NCBI RefSeq assembly: GCF_016432865.1
Contig: NC_067400.1
Location: forward strand, 64,480,001 to 64,544,000
DNA: 64,000 nucleotides
Reading direction: 5' to 3'
Origin: Antechinus flavipes
Taxonomy: Eukaryota
Position numbers and translations under genes: made by a program. Below, one piece after another: positions 63,530-64,000 of the stretch (positions within the stretch are counted from its first letter, which is position 1; each line of letters begins with the position of its first letter). A model generated the notes under the pieces. It saw only the letters and a program-made list of their open reading frames with translations. It was not told the origin of the DNA and searched no databases.

Positions 63530-64000
63530 GATAGATAGATGGATGGATGGATGAAGGAAAGGAGGGAGAGAGAGGTGGTTGGATAGATGGAAGAAATAGA
63601 TGGACGGATGGATGGATGCAAGAAATAGGTAGATGGATGGATTGACAAATAGATGCAGATGAATGAGATAGACAGATAGGTAGAAAGATAGAGCATGCAT
63701 TATTTTGTAGCAAGTAATGTGCTGAGCACTGAGCATACTTCAGCATCCTTGAACACTGCTACACTACATACACTTTGTGCTTAACTTCTAAATCCCCCTC
63801 CCATCCCAATCACACCCTAGTCCTGGTCCACGATGTCCTATCATTCCCTTGGTCCTATCCCTGATATTTCATGCCATTCTCCAAGCTCCTCTCACAGATA
63901 CAACCCATCTTTTTACTGGAAGGATACTGGTCCATCTTCTCCTGCTGGTCCATGCTGGTGATAATCTCCAGCAGGCGCCGAAGCCCTTGCACCCAGCTCT
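49299..64000 (-). CDS. PLCD4: Phospholipase C delta 4; 5' exons lie beyond the window edge
   Basis: EF-hand region, X box (SSHNTYL; [11 protein letters not shown]; YHGHT), acidic X-Y linker, Y box ([16 protein letters not shown]; ALNIQT; [10 protein letters not shown]), C2 domain (FNPYW; GYRHIHL). Exons 63928->64000, 62928-63057, 61649-61880, 55580-55781, 54742-54886, 54018-54170, 53290-53478, 51869-52025, 51464-51580, 50196-50362, 49794-49929, 49532-49681, 49299-49405. Phases consistent. Confidence 0.96.
50445..51447. repeat. C-rich/G-rich minisatellite (~43-54 bp unit) filling a PLCD4 intron
   Basis: About 21-22 copies of CAGAGCATCTCTCTCCTGGGTGTCTGTCTGGTCTCC plus a variable C tract, inside the intron 50363-51463. 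Confidence 0.95.
53750..53935 (+). mobile_element. hAT/Charlie-like non-autonomous DNA transposon remnant
   Basis: ttatgcatttaaaaacattctgaaaagagg...gccaaaaggatctgtgactcaaaaaaatgattaaaga resembles the Charlie4-type 3' end as I recall it. Confidence 0.5.
55955..56152 (-). mobile_element. hAT/Charlie-like remnant, inverted relative to 53750-53935
   Basis: Contains atgtttttaaatgcataa, the exact reverse complement of ttatgcatttaaaaacat in the other copy; ends aagttaagaattcctg. Confidence 0.5.
57060..57330 (-). mobile_element. L2 3' tail fragments
   Basis: cattcattcaataaatatgtattcagcacc and cattcaatcaataaatattaagtacctactgtatgccag...gtgctggg, typical reverse L2 ends. Confidence 0.6.
58211..60300 (+). 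mobile_element. Decayed L1 that keeps its 5' end, with an internal deletion, ending within RT; nested in an L1 3' tail
   Basis: 5' UTR start ccaagatggtggagtaa; ORF1 start region (tactatggtaacagggcagatcaaaatacaaactcagaag); endonuclease end (aaaattgaccatgtattagggcataaaaac, IDHVLGHKN); RT start KSPGPDGF...LIPKP...KENYR; many stops and frameshifts. Confidence 0.85.
58739..58797 (+). mobile_element. Very short 5'-truncated L1 tail inserted inside the larger L1
   Basis: aatgctgaaaaattatctatgcaaatatcttgtaaataaaaagctattttaaaaaaaa, flanked by aaaagat at 58731-58737 and 58793-58799 (TSD-like). Confidence 0.6.
60590..60820 (+). mobile_element. MIR-family SINE followed by (ATC/ATT)n
   Basis: aagacctgagttcaaattcaacctcagatac...tataaaatgggaataataacagcacctatttcctagggttgctgtaaagatcaaatgagat. 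Confidence 0.75.
61255..61462 (+). mobile_element. MAR1-like SINE
   Basis: agagtgctggactgggaatcagg...catctgtaaaatgagttggagaaag...ggggtcgggaagaatcagacacgactgaaaatgactgaaa. Confidence 0.7.
62636..62658. repeat. (TA)n microsatellite
   Basis: catatatatatatatatatata. Confidence 0.8.
63058..63927 (-). other. U12-type (minor spliceosome) GT-AG intron in PLCD4
   Basis: 5' end GTATCCTTC; branch-like TTCCTTTAC at 63076-63068 with the A at -12; 3' end atatag|A with no polypyrimidine tract between branch site and AG. Confidence 0.7.
63365..63700. repeat. Compound microsatellite (GAGACA / GATA / GATG / GAAG)
   Basis: Visible (GATA)n, (GATG)n and (GACA/GAGA)n runs next to an L1 tail; explains ORFs 63180-63746, 63331-63696 and 63392-63736. 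Confidence 0.9.

Overview
Mammalian genomic DNA, almost certainly from a marsupial: it carries WSINE1-like and MAR1-like SINEs and marsupial-type L1 ends. The window is the conserved, gene-dense block STK36(-) / RNF25(+) / BCS1L(-) / ZNF142(+) / PLCD4(-), the same relative order and orientation I recall for human 2q35. I traced exons by hand from GT-AG boundaries and protein similarity: STK36 25 coding exons (3' end runs off the left edge), RNF25 10 (complete, 448 aa), BCS1L 7 (complete, 428 aa), ZNF142 8 (complete, 1849 aa), PLCD4 13 (5' end runs off the right edge). Two CpG-island bidirectional promoters and two tail-to-tail 3' junctions link the genes. Introns hold L1, CR1/L3, L2/MIR, SINE and hAT-like remnants, two large minisatellites and one 211-N gap. 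I found no clearly novel multi-gene system. The best second-look items are: an apparent 1-nt frameshift in an STK36 exon that an upstream acceptor could rescue; a hairpin-bearing minisatellite with a 374-bp higher-order repeat; a G-tract minisatellite filling a PLCD4 intron; an array of GTGAGAC donor-like motifs in the ZNF142 5' region; a U12-type intron in PLCD4; a 72-bp templated duplication in RNF25; an RFX X-box at STK36; uORFs; and a BCS1L stop codon embedded in AATAAA. All comparisons with human or mouse proteins and with repeat consensus sequences are from memory, not from database searches.
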